The notes under the pieces: model-generated
What the model was told of the DNA's origin: nothing
Database searches by the model: none
What the model saw: only the letters and a program-made list of their open reading frames with translations
Made by a program: the position numbers and the translations under genes
From: an uncultured Chloroflexia bacterium
Lineage (GTDB): Bacteria > Chloroflexota > Limnocylindria > QHBO01
DNA length: 64,000 nt
Direction: 5' to 3'
NCBI GenBank assembly: GCA_963825525.1
Contig: CAWGTN010000002.1
Location: 1,920,001 to 1,984,000, forward strand
Part shown: in pieces, positions 47,791 to 59,846 of the stretch
Layout: each line of letters opens with the position of its first letter
Position numbering within the stretch: the first letter of the stretch is position 1

Positions 47791-48168
47791 TCAGCAGACC
47801 GGAACGCCGTCGCAGATTTCATCGACCCGTGCATCGAGGGCATTGATGCGTTCGAGGATCTCGTCGAGTCGATCGAGGAGGGCGGCGGTGCCTGCGCTGC
47901 CGTCGCCGGTGCCTCCCGATGGGAGATCACCGCTGAACGCGATGACCCATGATTCGATGTCGTTCTCGAGCTCGGCCAGCCGCATCGACAGCTCGCTCAT
48001 CGGGACGCCGCGCTCGACGCCTTCCACGGCTGCCTGCAGGGTCGTCAGCTCGTCGCGCGTCGCATCGAGCTCCGCTCGCAGGCCGATCGTCTGGAGCAGC
48101 ACGAAGAGGAGGAGCACGATGCTGGCGAGGGCAAGGATGACGAGGATTGGCGCGGTGGAGGATCGCAT
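47791..48168 (-). CDS. Hypothetical membrane-anchored coiled-coil protein
   Basis: N-terminal TM, heptad segments, C-terminal ICDGVPVC. Confidence 0.6.
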   Translation of the reverse strand: MRSSTAPILVILALASIVLLLFVLLQTIGLRAELDATRDELTTLQAAVEGVERGVPMSELSMRLAELENDIESWVIAFSGDLPSGGTGDGSAGTAALLDRLDEILERINALDARVDEICDGVPVC

Positions 48169-48248
48169 GACGGTCACATCAGCAAGTCCATGGCCGCGCT
48201 CAGTTTTTCGCCGTCAGCCGCTCGAGCTCGGCGGTCTAGAATCGCTCG

Positions 48249-50226
<1,978 letters not shown>

Positions 50227-50265
50227 CGTCCGCCGGTTCTGCGATCCGGTAGTCTGCCCCGCGTG

Positions 50266-50748
50266 ATGAAGGCGAATCGGCCGCGCGCGTTTGTCGTACC
50301 CCCCGACGGCGGGACGACCCTGCGCAGCCCGGTCGGCGGCGTGACGCTGCTCAAGGCGGCCACCGAGTCGACGGGCGGCAGCTTCACCCTTCTCGAGAAC
50401 CACGTTCCGCCGTTGGCCGGCCCACCCAGGCACGTCCACGCGCGAGAGGACGAGATGTGGTTCGTGCTCGAGGGCGACCTGCGCTTCCGTGCCGACGAGG
50501 AGATCCTCCATGCCGCGCAGGGTTCGTTCGTGTTCGTCCCGCGCGGCACGGAGCACTGCTTTCAGAACGTGAGCGACGTCGTGGCTCGCGTCCTCGTCAT
50601 GTTCACCCCATCAGGCATGGAGAGGTTCTTCGAGGGCCACGCGGCGCTGCCGGACGGGCCGGTGGATCCCGAGGCGTACCGCAAGATCGCCCACGACGCG
50701 TGGATGACGGTCGTCGGCCCTCCGCTCGGAGAGTCGAACCCGCTCTGA
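50266..50748 (+). CDS. Cupin-domain protein (quercetin dioxygenase-like)
   Basis: GPPRHVHAREDE, VPRGTEH, PSGMERFF. Confidence 0.85.
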   Translation: MKANRPRAFVVPPDGGTTLRSPVGGVTLLKAATESTGGSFTLLENHVPPLAGPPRHVHAREDEMWFVLEGDLRFRADEEILHAAQGSFVFVPRGTEHCFQNVSDVVARVLVMFTPSGMERFFEGHAALPDGPVDPEAYRKIAHDAWMTVVGPPLGESNPL

Positions 50749-50768
50749 CGCGAGGTTCTACGCGCCGA

Positions 50769-51251
50769 TCACTCTCCGGAGCCGACCTGGACAACAACCA
50801 GGGATCCCGAGCCATTTCCACTCGGCCCGACGCTCACGACGCCGCCGAAGGAGTCGTCTCCGGGATCCTGGAATATCCACGAGTAGGTCCCTTCCGCCGA
50901 CGTTCGGCTGAAGACCTCGAAGCCTCCGCTGGTGATCTTTCCTTCGTAGAACGACTCGAGGTCATCCGGTGACTGGCTCGACTCGAACGACAGGAAGATG
51001 ACGCCACCGGCAGTCGTGCGCGACGTCTCCGACGAATCGGGTGGGGTGAGGTCCTCTGCCAGCTGCTCGAGGTCGGCGGACGAGCCGTTCCCACCGCCCC
51101 CATCCCCGCCGCTTGTCTCGTTCGGTTGCGGCGTGCCGGCCGCTTCGCTCGCCGGTCCATCCCCACCCCCGTCGTCACTCGAGCCGGAGCCGCCACATGC
51201 GGCCAGCAGCAACGCGAGGAAGATGGGCGCGAGGGCTCGGGTGGATCGCAT
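50769..51251 (-). CDS. Hypothetical lipoprotein
   Basis: Lipobox LAAC; Gly/Ser linker; ESFYE motif. Confidence 0.7.
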   Translation of the reverse strand: MRSTRALAPIFLALLLAACGGSGSSDDGGGDGPASEAAGTPQPNETSGGDGGGGNGSSADLEQLAEDLTPPDSSETSRTTAGGVIFLSFESSQSPDDLESFYEGKITSGGFEVFSRTSAEGTYSWIFQDPGDDSFGGVVSVGPSGNGSGSLVVVQVGSGE

Positions 51252-51436
51252 GGGGTCGTCCTCCGTACCGTTTCGGCCGCGGGGAACTGCGGGCTGCCCG
51301 CTCGCCGTATCGGCGGACGTTGCGCCCGAGCGACCTGCGCCGTCAAGGGCCGAACATCCCCAGGTTGGCCTGGGTCTGGAATCGGGGCATGTCCGAGGCC
51401 CCCGCGCATCGGGGGAGAGCTGGCCGGTCGCAGCCG

Positions 51437-51503
51437 ACTCGATATATCGCGCGAAGGTTCACGTTGGGCGGTCCATGCGTGTCAATGTCGCGATATATCG
51501 AGT
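51437..51503. repeat. Perfect 15-bp inverted repeat
   Basis: ACTCGATATATCGCG (51437-51451) and CGCGATATATCGAGT (51489-51503); each arm contains the palindrome CGATATATCG. Confidence 0.8.
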
Positions 51504-51645
51504 GCCCACGAGCGTGAGCCGCACCCCCGCGCGCAGCCCACGTGGCGAGGCTCTTGAAATATCGCGGAATGGGCACGCGAAACGGCTGCGCGGTGAGATT
51601 CGCTCGAACTATCGAGGGGAATCTTCAGGATGACCGCTGCGGCTG

Positions 51646-51670
51646 GCTCGGCTCGGCTCGGCTCGGCTCG
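51646..51670. repeat. (GCTCG)5 simple repeat
   Basis: Five exact pentamer copies upstream of the metal regulator promoter. Confidence 0.85.
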
Positions 51671-51721
51671 GCGTCGCCATCATCGGCCTCCGCCCAACCG
51701 GCCCGGGTCTAGAATCGGGGC

Positions 51722-52486
51722 ATGTCCCAGACGCCTGCGCAGGAGCCGACCGACGCTGCCGCCGAGTACCTGATGACCGTGCGCTACATGCACGGGGAGG
51801 GACAGCCGGTCATCGCGGCGCGGCTGGCGGAGCGCCTCGGCGTCAGCGCGGCCACCGTCAGCGAGATGGTCACCCGCCTGGTCCGGGAAGGGTTACTGGC
51901 GGTCGATGCCGACACCCGGCAGCTCAACCTCACCGACGAGGGGCGAACAGCCGCCGAGCGGACATTCCGCCGGCACGCCCTGTCGGAGTGGCTGCTGACC
52001 GAGGTCATCGGCCTCGGGTGGGCGGAGGCCGATGAGGAAGCGCACCACCTGCAGCACGCGTTCAGTGATCGGGTCACCGACAAGATCGATGAGCTGCTCG
52101 GCGAACCGCCCACCTGCCCGCACGGCAACCCGATCCCGCGGAGCGGCGTGACGCCCGAGCGACCCGCTGGCCTGCGCTTGTCCGAGGCCAGTCCGGGCAG
52201 CGACGTCACGATCCTGCGCGTGACGGAGGAGGCGGAGGAGGACGCGAGACTGCTGACCTTCCTCCAGGAGAACGGGGTCCGTCCCGGCCACGTGTTCGAG
52301 GTCGTGGATGTCGCCGCCCACATCGGCACCATGACGCTGCGGCGCGTCGACACCGGGGCGGATGACGGTCACGAGGTCACCATCGGCCTGGTCGCCGCCG
52401 CAAAGTTGAGGATGCTCGAGGGACGCGCGGACCAGACTCTGTTCCACCGGGTACCCGAGCGCGCTCGGCTGGCCGCGACCCGCTGA
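51722..52486 (+). CDS. DtxR/MntR/IdeR metal-dependent regulator with a FeoA domain
   Basis: EYL, LGVSAATVSEM, RRHALSEWLL, EAHHLQH, CPHGNPIP. Confidence 0.92.
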   Translation: MSQTPAQEPTDAAAEYLMTVRYMHGEGQPVIAARLAERLGVSAATVSEMVTRLVREGLLAVDADTRQLNLTDEGRTAAERTFRRHALSEWLLTEVIGLGWAEADEEAHHLQHAFSDRVTDKIDELLGEPPTCPHGNPIPRSGVTPERPAGLRLSEASPGSDVTILRVTEEAEEDARLLTFLQENGVRPGHVFEVVDVAAHIGTMTLRRVDTGADDGHEVTIGLVAAAKLRMLEGRADQTLFHRVPERARLAATR

Positions 52487-52512
52487 GGCGGTCTGCTAGC
52501 ATTCGGCCCATC

Positions 52513-52716
52513 ATGGTTCGAGATCGAAGCAGACGCGGGATCATTGCGGCCGTGGCCCTGGTCCTGTGGCTGGGCTACATGGCGGTCGGCCTGGCCGTCA
52601 TCGACACCCTGGCGCCGACCGCCGGGGGTGAAGGTCCCGAGGGCGTCGCCGCCTTCGTCGGCCTCGTGTCCGGCGTGCTGACGGTCGGCCTCATCATGTG
52701 GGCCGCCTCGGACTGA
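52513..52716 (+). CDS. Small 2-TM protein
   Basis: Two hydrophobic helices; TAGCAT box upstream. Confidence 0.55.
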   Translation: MVRDRSRRGIIAAVALVLWLGYMAVGLAVIDTLAPTAGGEGPEGVAAFVGLVSGVLTVGLIMWAASD

Positions 52717-52733
52717 GCGACACGCTCGACAGG

Positions 52734-53279
52734 TCAGCCCTTGCGCCGATGGACCAGGAGCAAGAGGCCGATCGGCTCCCCGGCTTCATCGTCCCGGGCA
52801 GCGAACTCCGACCCGATTGCCTCCAACCGAGCCACCAGGTCGCGCCGGTCAGCGGCATTGAGGCGCACGCCAAGTCGTTGGGCGCTGAGGGCCGCTCGCG
52901 CACCGGCCTCGATGAGCTCCTCGCGCGTCGCATCAAGGGCAGCCACCCCGTAGGTGGGTGTCTGCGTGATCCGCAGCATCCAGCTCTTGCCCGTGATCCG
53001 GTAGGGCTGCTCCAGGTGCCCTGACGAGCCCCGGCGCATCGGCTCGGCCTTGAGGAACCCCAGGGTCACGAGTCGTCGCACGTGGTACAGGACGGTGCCA
53101 GGGTCGCGATCAAGCCGATGCGCCAGCTCGCGGTTCGTCATCGACGTGTCGATGCACAGTCGCAGGATTCTGAGTCGCAGCGGATGTGCGAGCGCGCGCG
53201 CCTCGGCGGCGGTGGCATCCCGCTCGGGCGCGGAGGATGCTGCCCCGCCAGACCGACCAGATGATTGACGATCGTCCAT
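52734..53279 (-). CDS. ArsR-like winged-helix regulator
   Basis: ALAHPLRLRIL, ELAHRL..PGTVLYHVRRL..GF, EQPY. Confidence 0.85.
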   Translation of the reverse strand: MDDRQSSGRSGGAASSAPERDATAAEARALAHPLRLRILRLCIDTSMTNRELAHRLDRDPGTVLYHVRRLVTLGFLKAEPMRRGSSGHLEQPYRITGKSWMLRITQTPTYGVAALDATREELIEAGARAALSAQRLGVRLNAADRRDLVARLEAIGSEFAARDDEAGEPIGLLLLVHRRKG

Positions 53280-53301
53280 CGATGGAATATTCTCCACCAT
53301 C

Positions 53302-54345
53302 ATGTCTCGTCGAACGCGCAGCGCAATGATCCTGTTGTCACTCGTCGTTGCTGCGTGCGGCACGTCGCCACCGCCCGATCCTAGCGTTCCGGGAGCCACG
53401 GACGCGGCGCAGACGGGCTCTCCGTTGGAATCCGAACCGAGCTCGCCCACCGTGCAGCCCAGCTACGATCCCGATGCGCCCCTCGAGGCGGAGGAGCGGC
53501 CGCGCGCCACGATGAACGGCGCCGCGCTGGTCGATCTCTCGTATGCGAGCCCCGGCGGTGGCCGAGTCTCGGCGTGGATGGTGGTTCCCGAGGGTGAGGG
53601 GCCGTTCGCCGGGCTGGTCTACCTTCACGGGAGCGAGACGGATCGCGACGACTTCGTGGACGAGGCGGTGGCCATGGCCAGCGGCGGTGCCGTCTCGATC
53701 GTCATCGACGCGCCGTTTGCACGATCGGGCGCCGATCACACCGGCACCCTGCAGGACTACTTCGCGCCGGAGTCCGAGGCCGCGCTGGTCGAGCAGACGG
53801 TGGCCGATATCAGGCGGGCCTTCGACCTCCTCGCCGAGCGACCCGATGTCGACCCGGAGCGGATGGGATTCGTCGGGCACTCGTGGGGCGCCTCGCTCGG
53901 CCCACTCCTTGCCGCACGGGACGATCGGGCGAGCGCCCTGGTCCTGATTGCCGGGCGGCCCAGCTGGACCGGCTTCCTCGTCGAAGCAGCGGACCGGTTC
54001 GCCGGTTCACGAGCCCTGGTGGGTGACGCCGGCTGGCAGCACTACCTCGACGTCATGGCGCCGTATGACGCGGTCGCCAGCGTGGCGGGGCTGGCGGCCG
54101 ATCGCATCTACCTGCAGTTCGGTACGGCCGATGACGTCGTCACGCCGGCCCACGCGGCCGAGTGGCTGGCCGCCGCGCCCGACGGCGTGACGGTCGACAC
54201 CTATCCGGCTGCCGGGCATGCCCTTGACGCGACGGCCGTCGCCGACCGCGCCGCGTGGCTGACGGATCGGCTTGGCATGACGGCGATCGGTCCTGATGCA
54301 CTGGCGGAGGTCGGGCTACCGGATCGGCCCTCCCGCATTCCCTGA
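53302..54345 (+). CDS. Alpha/beta hydrolase lipoprotein
   Basis: Lipobox VAAC; YLHG, GHSWG nucleophile elbow, DDVV, GH. Confidence 0.82.
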   Translation: MSRRTRSAMILLSLVVAACGTSPPPDPSVPGATDAAQTGSPLESEPSSPTVQPSYDPDAPLEAEERPRATMNGAALVDLSYASPGGGRVSAWMVVPEGEGPFAGLVYLHGSETDRDDFVDEAVAMASGGAVSIVIDAPFARSGADHTGTLQDYFAPESEAALVEQTVADIRRAFDLLAERPDVDPERMGFVGHSWGASLGPLLAARDDRASALVLIAGRPSWTGFLVEAADRFAGSRALVGDAGWQHYLDVMAPYDAVASVAGLAADRIYLQFGTADDVVTPAHAAEWLAAAPDGVTVDTYPAAGHALDATAVADRAAWLTDRLGMTAIGPDALAEVGLPDRPSRIP

Positions 54346-54389
54346 CGCGGGAGCGGCGCCGCACGGGCGGTTGCGCTAGCCTTGGCCGG

Positions 54390-55313
54390 ATGTCCAATCA
54401 TCCACGCTGGCTGCTGCCGGCAGCCTTCGTGCTGCTCGGACTGATCTGGGGCTCATCGTTCGCCTGGATCAAGGTCGCGGTCGACGAGATTCCACCTGCC
54501 AGCCTCGTGGCCTGGCGCATGGCCCTCGGGGCGGCCGGCATGCTCGTGCTCCTCGGGGTCATGCGAGCCCGCCTCCCGCGTGGCGTGGGTGAGTGGCTGC
54601 CGCTCGCTGTGCTGGGAGCGGTGAATGCCGCCGTTCCGATCTTCCTCATCAGCTGGGGCGAGCTGTTCGTCGATTCCGGCACCGCCGCCGTCCTCAACTC
54701 TCTGACGCCGATCTTCAGCCTCGTGATCGCGGGCGTCGCGCTGCGCGTCGAGCCGGTGACGCTGCTGCGGGTTATCGGGCTGGTGCTCGGATTCCTGGGC
54801 GCAGGACTGCTGGCCAGCCGGGAGTTCGATCTGCGAGCTGACGCCTCCGGTCTCATCGGCGCGGGTGCGGTCGTGCTGGCCGCATTCTCGTATGCCGTCG
54901 GCGCGTCGTATGCGCGCCACCGGATCCGTTCGACCCACCGTTACGTGGTAGCCGGCGGTACGCTCGTCTTCGCGGCGATCTACACGACCATCCTGGCCCT
55001 CGTCACCGACGGCGGCCTGATCGTGCCGACCCAGCTCGACACCCTGATCGCGGTCGCCTGGCTGGGGCTGCTGGGGTCGTTCGTTGCCTACGTCCTCTTC
55101 TTCTTCCTGATCGAGCATCTGGGTGCCACCATCGCATCCATGGTCACCTACATCTTCCCGGTGGTCGGCGTCGGGCTTGGCGTGCTGCTCCTCGGTGAGC
55201 GGATGGACCTTCGTCTCGCGATCGGGACGGCGCTCGTGCTGGCCGGGATCGCGGTGGTGACGCTTCGCTATGATCCGCGCGTGAGCCGCGTGCCCGACGG
55301 AGTGCGCCGGTGA
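54390..55313 (+). CDS. DMT/EamA transporter
   Basis: [28 protein letters not shown]. Confidence 0.9.
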   Translation: MSNHPRWLLPAAFVLLGLIWGSSFAWIKVAVDEIPPASLVAWRMALGAAGMLVLLGVMRARLPRGVGEWLPLAVLGAVNAAVPIFLISWGELFVDSGTAAVLNSLTPIFSLVIAGVALRVEPVTLLRVIGLVLGFLGAGLLASREFDLRADASGLIGAGAVVLAAFSYAVGASYARHRIRSTHRYVVAGGTLVFAAIYTTILALVTDGGLIVPTQLDTLIAVAWLGLLGSFVAYVLFFFLIEHLGATIASMVTYIFPVVGVGLGVLLLGERMDLRLAIGTALVLAGIAVVTLRYDPRVSRVPDGVRR

Positions 55314-57833
55314 GTGGACCGTGGGATAGGCCACCGTCCTCGGATCCGGATGACAGCTGGCCAAGCGAGGATCTTCGAGAGGGATCGTCTGGCACGCCCT
55401 CGAGAGATGGCTGGCCTCCCGCTGATCCGTGGGGCTCGTCCGATTCGGACACCTCATCGGGCTGGGGCGCATGGCCTCCGCCATCACCGCCAGAGGAGAG
55501 CCTGCCGGACGATGCCGACCTCCCGGTCGCCGACCCGTGGGCCGAGTCCTGGACCGATGACCCCGAGGCCCCGGCCGAGCCGACTCGCGATCCCGCGCCG
55601 CGCGAGCCCGAGCCGTGGGTATCCCGCGAACCGGCCCGAGCCGAGCCGTGGATGCCAACCGAGGACCCATGGACGCTCCACGTCCCAACGGAGCTGCCGC
55701 CATCGTCCGAATGGAGTCCGCCCGAGCCGGCTCGCGACGCGATCCGGGAGCCCGAGCCGGAGTCAGTCGACGACGAGGACGACATCGAGGCGAGAGCGCC
55801 GTCGCCCGCTCCCGTGCGGCCGTGGGAGCCGGAGCCCGAACCTGCGCCAGATCCAGAGCCCGAGCGACCTGCGGGCCGCATCCGAGGCAGACGCCTGGCC
55901 GGCGGAAGAGCCGGCCCCACCGCCCCAGCCCGACGTGGTGCCAAGCCCAACGTTCTCCAGGCGCGAGGCGCCCCTCCCGTCGTGGCTGGAGCCAGAACCA
56001 GAGCTGGAGCCCGAACCGGAACCCGAGCCCGAGCCGGAGACCGGAACCGGAACCGGAACCCGAGCCCGAGCCGGAGCCCGCACCAGAACCGGAACCCGAG
56101 AGCCGGCCCGAGCCGGACGTGGCGACGCCCTCATGGGACCCCGATATCGACGCGGATGCGGAAACACCTCGTCCGTCCTGGCTGGGCGGCTTTTCACTGC
56201 GAGGACGCACCGCCGAGCCCGCACCTGACCAGGAGCAGGCGCCGGAACCCGAAGGCCGACGTGTCGGGCATCGTTGCCCCGGAGCAGGCTGGCGAGCCTC
56301 ACGTGCCCGAATCTGAGTTCGAGCCGGAGCCGGAGCCGGAACCCGAACCTGAGCCAGAGCCAGTACCCGAGCCGGAGCCGGAGCCGGAACCTGAGCCAGA
56401 GCCAGTACCCGAGCCGGAGCCGGAGCCGGAACCCGAACCTGAGCCAGAGCCAGTACCCGAGCCCCATTTCGAGCCGGAATCTGAGCCTGAGCTCGAGGGC
56501 GAGGCCGAGCCATCGTTTCCCGCGCCGCCGCGCGAGTGGCCCGAGCTCGGCGAGTCCACGCAGGTCCTGCCCTCGACCTGGTCACCATCCGAGCCAACGC
56601 CGGCACCGGCCCCCGAGCTTTCTCCGCAGCTGGGACGGATCAAGGTCTCTCTCGCCCGACCCGAGAGCGCCGCGTCGACCGAGGTCGGAGGAGGAGCCGA
56701 CGACCGCCGAACAGGCAGTTCCGTGGCTCATCGGCATCATCCTGCTGCTGGCCGGGATGGTCATCGTGCTCCTGGCCCTCATCTTTGCCGGCGATGCGTC
56801 ACTGGGCAGCAGCGGAGCCGGGCCATCGGCAAGCGGGCTCGGCCTGATTCCCAGCACTGGACCGAGCGGCAGCGTCGCTCCCAGCGCGACGGCGACGGCA
56901 CGTCCATCGGCGAGCGCCGGCACTCCGGCCCCTGCCACCCCGACGCTGGCGCCGATTCCGGAATACGGCCCGCTTGAGATGGTCTACCAGGGTCGCAGCG
57001 CTGCCCTGGCTCCCATCTACCTTCTGCTCAGGGACTTCACCACGGACGTCGACACGCAGGAAGTCCTCGCGCAGGATCCGACGCTCGACGTCCGCCGCTT
57101 CGCGTGGGCCCGTGACGGGGTGGCTGGCGCCGGCCTCCTGGCTGACGTCCTCGTCTCGATCGAGCCGGGGAAGGAGAAGCGCCGGCTCGCCGATGGGATC
57201 AGCACCATCGCGTTCGGCAGTGACGGAGCGACGCTGTACGCCGCGCGGGTGACCCAGGATGGCGGCAATGACGTCGCCACCATCTTCGAGATCGACTACG
57301 CGAGCGGCGAGACCGCGGAGCTGGCTGCGGTCAGCTATCCGAGACCTACCCTCGGCCAGGAGGAGGCGCTGGCCGAGGCTCAGTTCACCGACGAGGGCGG
57401 TCCCGTGCGCCTGTACTGGGTGGAGGGCGGCACCCTCCGCCTGTGGGCCCTGGGCGCCGGGACCTGGCAGATCGATCCTGCCGACGGAGCGGTCACCGAG
57501 CTGGAGCCGGACGATCGCCCGACGCTGTGGTCCCCGAACGGCGACCGTTTGATTCGGACCGCGTTTGCCGATGGTTCCAGCACCGTCACGCTCTTTGATG
57601 ACGCCGGCGAGGAACAGGTCGCGATCAGCGTCGAGGGTCGCGTGAGCCATGTGCGCTGGGCGCCGGACGGCGAACGGGTCGCATTCACCATCGGGCGATC
57701 GGCATCGGGCGGGGGCGTGCTCCAGGATCTCTTCCTCTGGGACCTCGATGACGCGCCGCCGATGCAGCTGACCACCACCGGAGCGGCGTTCGGTGTCGAG
57801 TGGCGTGGCGGCCAGCCGCTGTGGCGCGACTGA
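55310..57833 (+). CDS. Pro/Glu/Trp-rich disordered region plus TM plus beta-propeller-like domain; about 3 frameshifts
   Basis: PE-rich reading continues across frames (shifts near 55870, 56255, 56685); [26 protein letters not shown]; WSPNG and WAPDG motifs. Confidence 0.65.
56321..56458 (+). repeat. Coding tandem repeat of 48/42/48 bp encoding (EP)n-VP
   Basis: Units 56321-56368, 56369-56410 and 56411-56458. Confidence 0.85.
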
Positions 57834-58165
57834 TGCCGGATATCGTGAACCCGATCGGCGTCGAGCTGGACGAGACCGCGCGCCGCATGAGGATTCGATG
57901 GGACGACGGACACCTTGGAGAGTGGTCCTGGACCGCTCTGCGACGGGCATGTCCGTGCGCACTGTGCGCCGGGGAGGGGAACCTGCCGGGCGTCGTCACG
58001 CTGGAGACATTCTTCGACGAGAAGCAGACGACGCTGAACGAGATCCGATGGATCGGGCGCTATGCGCTCGCACCGATCTGGGCGGACGGCCATGACACCG
58101 GCCTCTTCACGTACACGAAGCTGCGCGGCTCATGTGAATGTGCGGAGCACGCGGCGGCCGAGTGA
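57833..58165 (+). CDS. DUF971 / GBBH-like N-terminal domain protein
   Basis: WDDGH, LRRACPCALC, GRYAL..WADGHDTGLFTY..LR. Confidence 0.88.
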   Translation: MPDIVNPIGVELDETARRMRIRWDDGHLGEWSWTALRRACPCALCAGEGNLPGVVTLETFFDEKQTTLNEIRWIGRYALAPIWADGHDTGLFTYTKLRGSCECAEHAAAE

Positions 58166-58237
58166 GGTCCGGATCGCCCGATGGGACCGTGGCGCCGTCC
58201 CTCGGCTACCATCGTCGGTGAGCAAGAGGCAGATGTG

Positions 58238-59167
58238 ATGGACGACGAAGCACACGGCGTGATGTTCGTCCACGCCCACCCCGACGACGAGTCGATGGCC
58301 ACCGGCGGCGTGATGGCGCGCCTCGTGGCGGAGGGCATGCGCGTCGACCTGGTGACGTGCACCGACGGCGCCGAGGGCGAGATCCACGATCCGACACTGG
58401 ATCCGGAGGAGGCTCGGCCACGACTCGTCGAGATCCGCGCCGCAGAGCTGGAATGCTCGGTCGATGCGCTCGGTGGCGGCGGGATACACCATCACCGGCT
58501 GGACTATCGCGACTCTGGGATGATCGGGACACCCGCCAACGACCATCCCGACTGCTTCTGGCAGGCCGATCTCGTGGAGGCGACGCGCCGGCTGGTGGAG
58601 ATCGTCCGGGAGGCACGACCCGCAACGATCGTCACGTACGACGAGAATGGCAACTACGGCCACCCCGACCACATCAACGCCGCCAAGATCGCCCGGCAGG
58701 CCTACCAGGCGTCCCGAAGGGAATCCTGGGCCGTCTCCCGCTTCTACGAGATCGCGTTCGTGCGCGAGCGATGGTTCGAGCTCATGGCCGCCATGAAGGA
58801 ACGCGGCATCGCACTCCCCTGGGACCTCGACGAAGCCGTGCCGACCCCGGCGGATGAGCTCAATCCGACGAACGCGGCGGCGCTGGCCCAGGTCGCCGAG
58901 GCCCTGGATGCACCGGCCGACGAGGCGTTCGAGTTCGGTCGCGCGGACGCCGAGGTCACGACACGGGTTGACGTCTCGGGCCACCTCGAGGCCAAGCGAC
59001 GCAGCATGGACTGCCACAAGACCCAGCGGCAGGACCTGGGCTGGCTCCTGGACCTGCCCGATGACCTGGCCGACGGAGCGATCGACACCGAGTCCTTCGT
59101 GCTCCGCTGGCGCGACGGCCTGGAGGTCCCGACCTCCCATCGCGACGTCTGGCTGCTCGACGCATAG
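58238..59167 (+). CDS. PIG-L family deacetylase (MshB/Mca-like)
   Basis: VHAHPDDE, TCTDGAEGE, YRDSGM, YGHPDH, HKTQ. Confidence 0.88.
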   Translation: MDDEAHGVMFVHAHPDDESMATGGVMARLVAEGMRVDLVTCTDGAEGEIHDPTLDPEEARPRLVEIRAAELECSVDALGGGGIHHHRLDYRDSGMIGTPANDHPDCFWQADLVEATRRLVEIVREARPATIVTYDENGNYGHPDHINAAKIARQAYQASRRESWAVSRFYEIAFVRERWFELMAAMKERGIALPWDLDEAVPTPADELNPTNAAALAQVAEALDAPADEAFEFGRADAEVTTRVDVSGHLEAKRRSMDCHKTQRQDLGWLLDLPDDLADGAIDTESFVLRWRDGLEVPTSHRDVWLLDA

Positions 59168-59190
59168 CATCGCGTTACCATCGATCCGCC

Positions 59191-59841
59191 ATGGCGAACC
59201 GAACCCTGACCCTGACCGACGAGATCGTCGACTACGTCCGGCGCGTCGGTGTTCGCGAACACCCGGCACTCGCCGCGGTCCGGGACGAGACGGCCCACCT
59301 GCCCGAGCACGAGATGCAGATCGGCCCCGAGCAGGGCGCCTTCATGGCGCTCCTCGTGCGTGCCACCGGTGCGAGGCGGATCATCGAGATCGGCACATTC
59401 ACCGGCTACAGCTCCACGGCCATGGCCCTGGCGTTGCCGCCCGACGGCACGATGCTGTGCTGTGACGTGAGCGACGAGTGGACCGCCGTTGCGCAGCGGA
59501 CGTGGGAGGCGGCCGGTGTCGCGCACCAGATCGAGCTGCGCATCGCGCCGGCTGCAGACACGCTGGCTACGCTTGCCGCCGACGGGTTCGATCTCGCCTT
59601 CATCGATGCCGACAAGATCGGCTACGACGCCTATTACGAGGGGTGCCTGCGCGTCGTGCGACCCGGCGGCCTCATCCTCATCGATAACGTCCTGCAGGGC
59701 GGGAGGGTCGCCGACCCATCGGACGAGGGGGAGAGCGCGCGGGCCATCCGAGCGCTGAACGAGAAGATCGCCGTCGACGAGCGGGTGGACCACGTGCTCC
59801 TCCCACTGGCCGACGGCCTGACCATGGCGTTCGTCCGCTAG
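59191..59841 (+). CDS. O-methyltransferase (CCoAOMT-like)
   Basis: EIGTFTGYS, FIDADK, DNVL, DGLT. Confidence 0.9.
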   Translation: MANRTLTLTDEIVDYVRRVGVREHPALAAVRDETAHLPEHEMQIGPEQGAFMALLVRATGARRIIEIGTFTGYSSTAMALALPPDGTMLCCDVSDEWTAVAQRTWEAAGVAHQIELRIAPAADTLATLAADGFDLAFIDADKIGYDAYYEGCLRVVRPGGLILIDNVLQGGRVADPSDEGESARAIRALNEKIAVDERVDHVLLPLADGLTMAFVR

Positions 59842-59846
59842 CGGAG

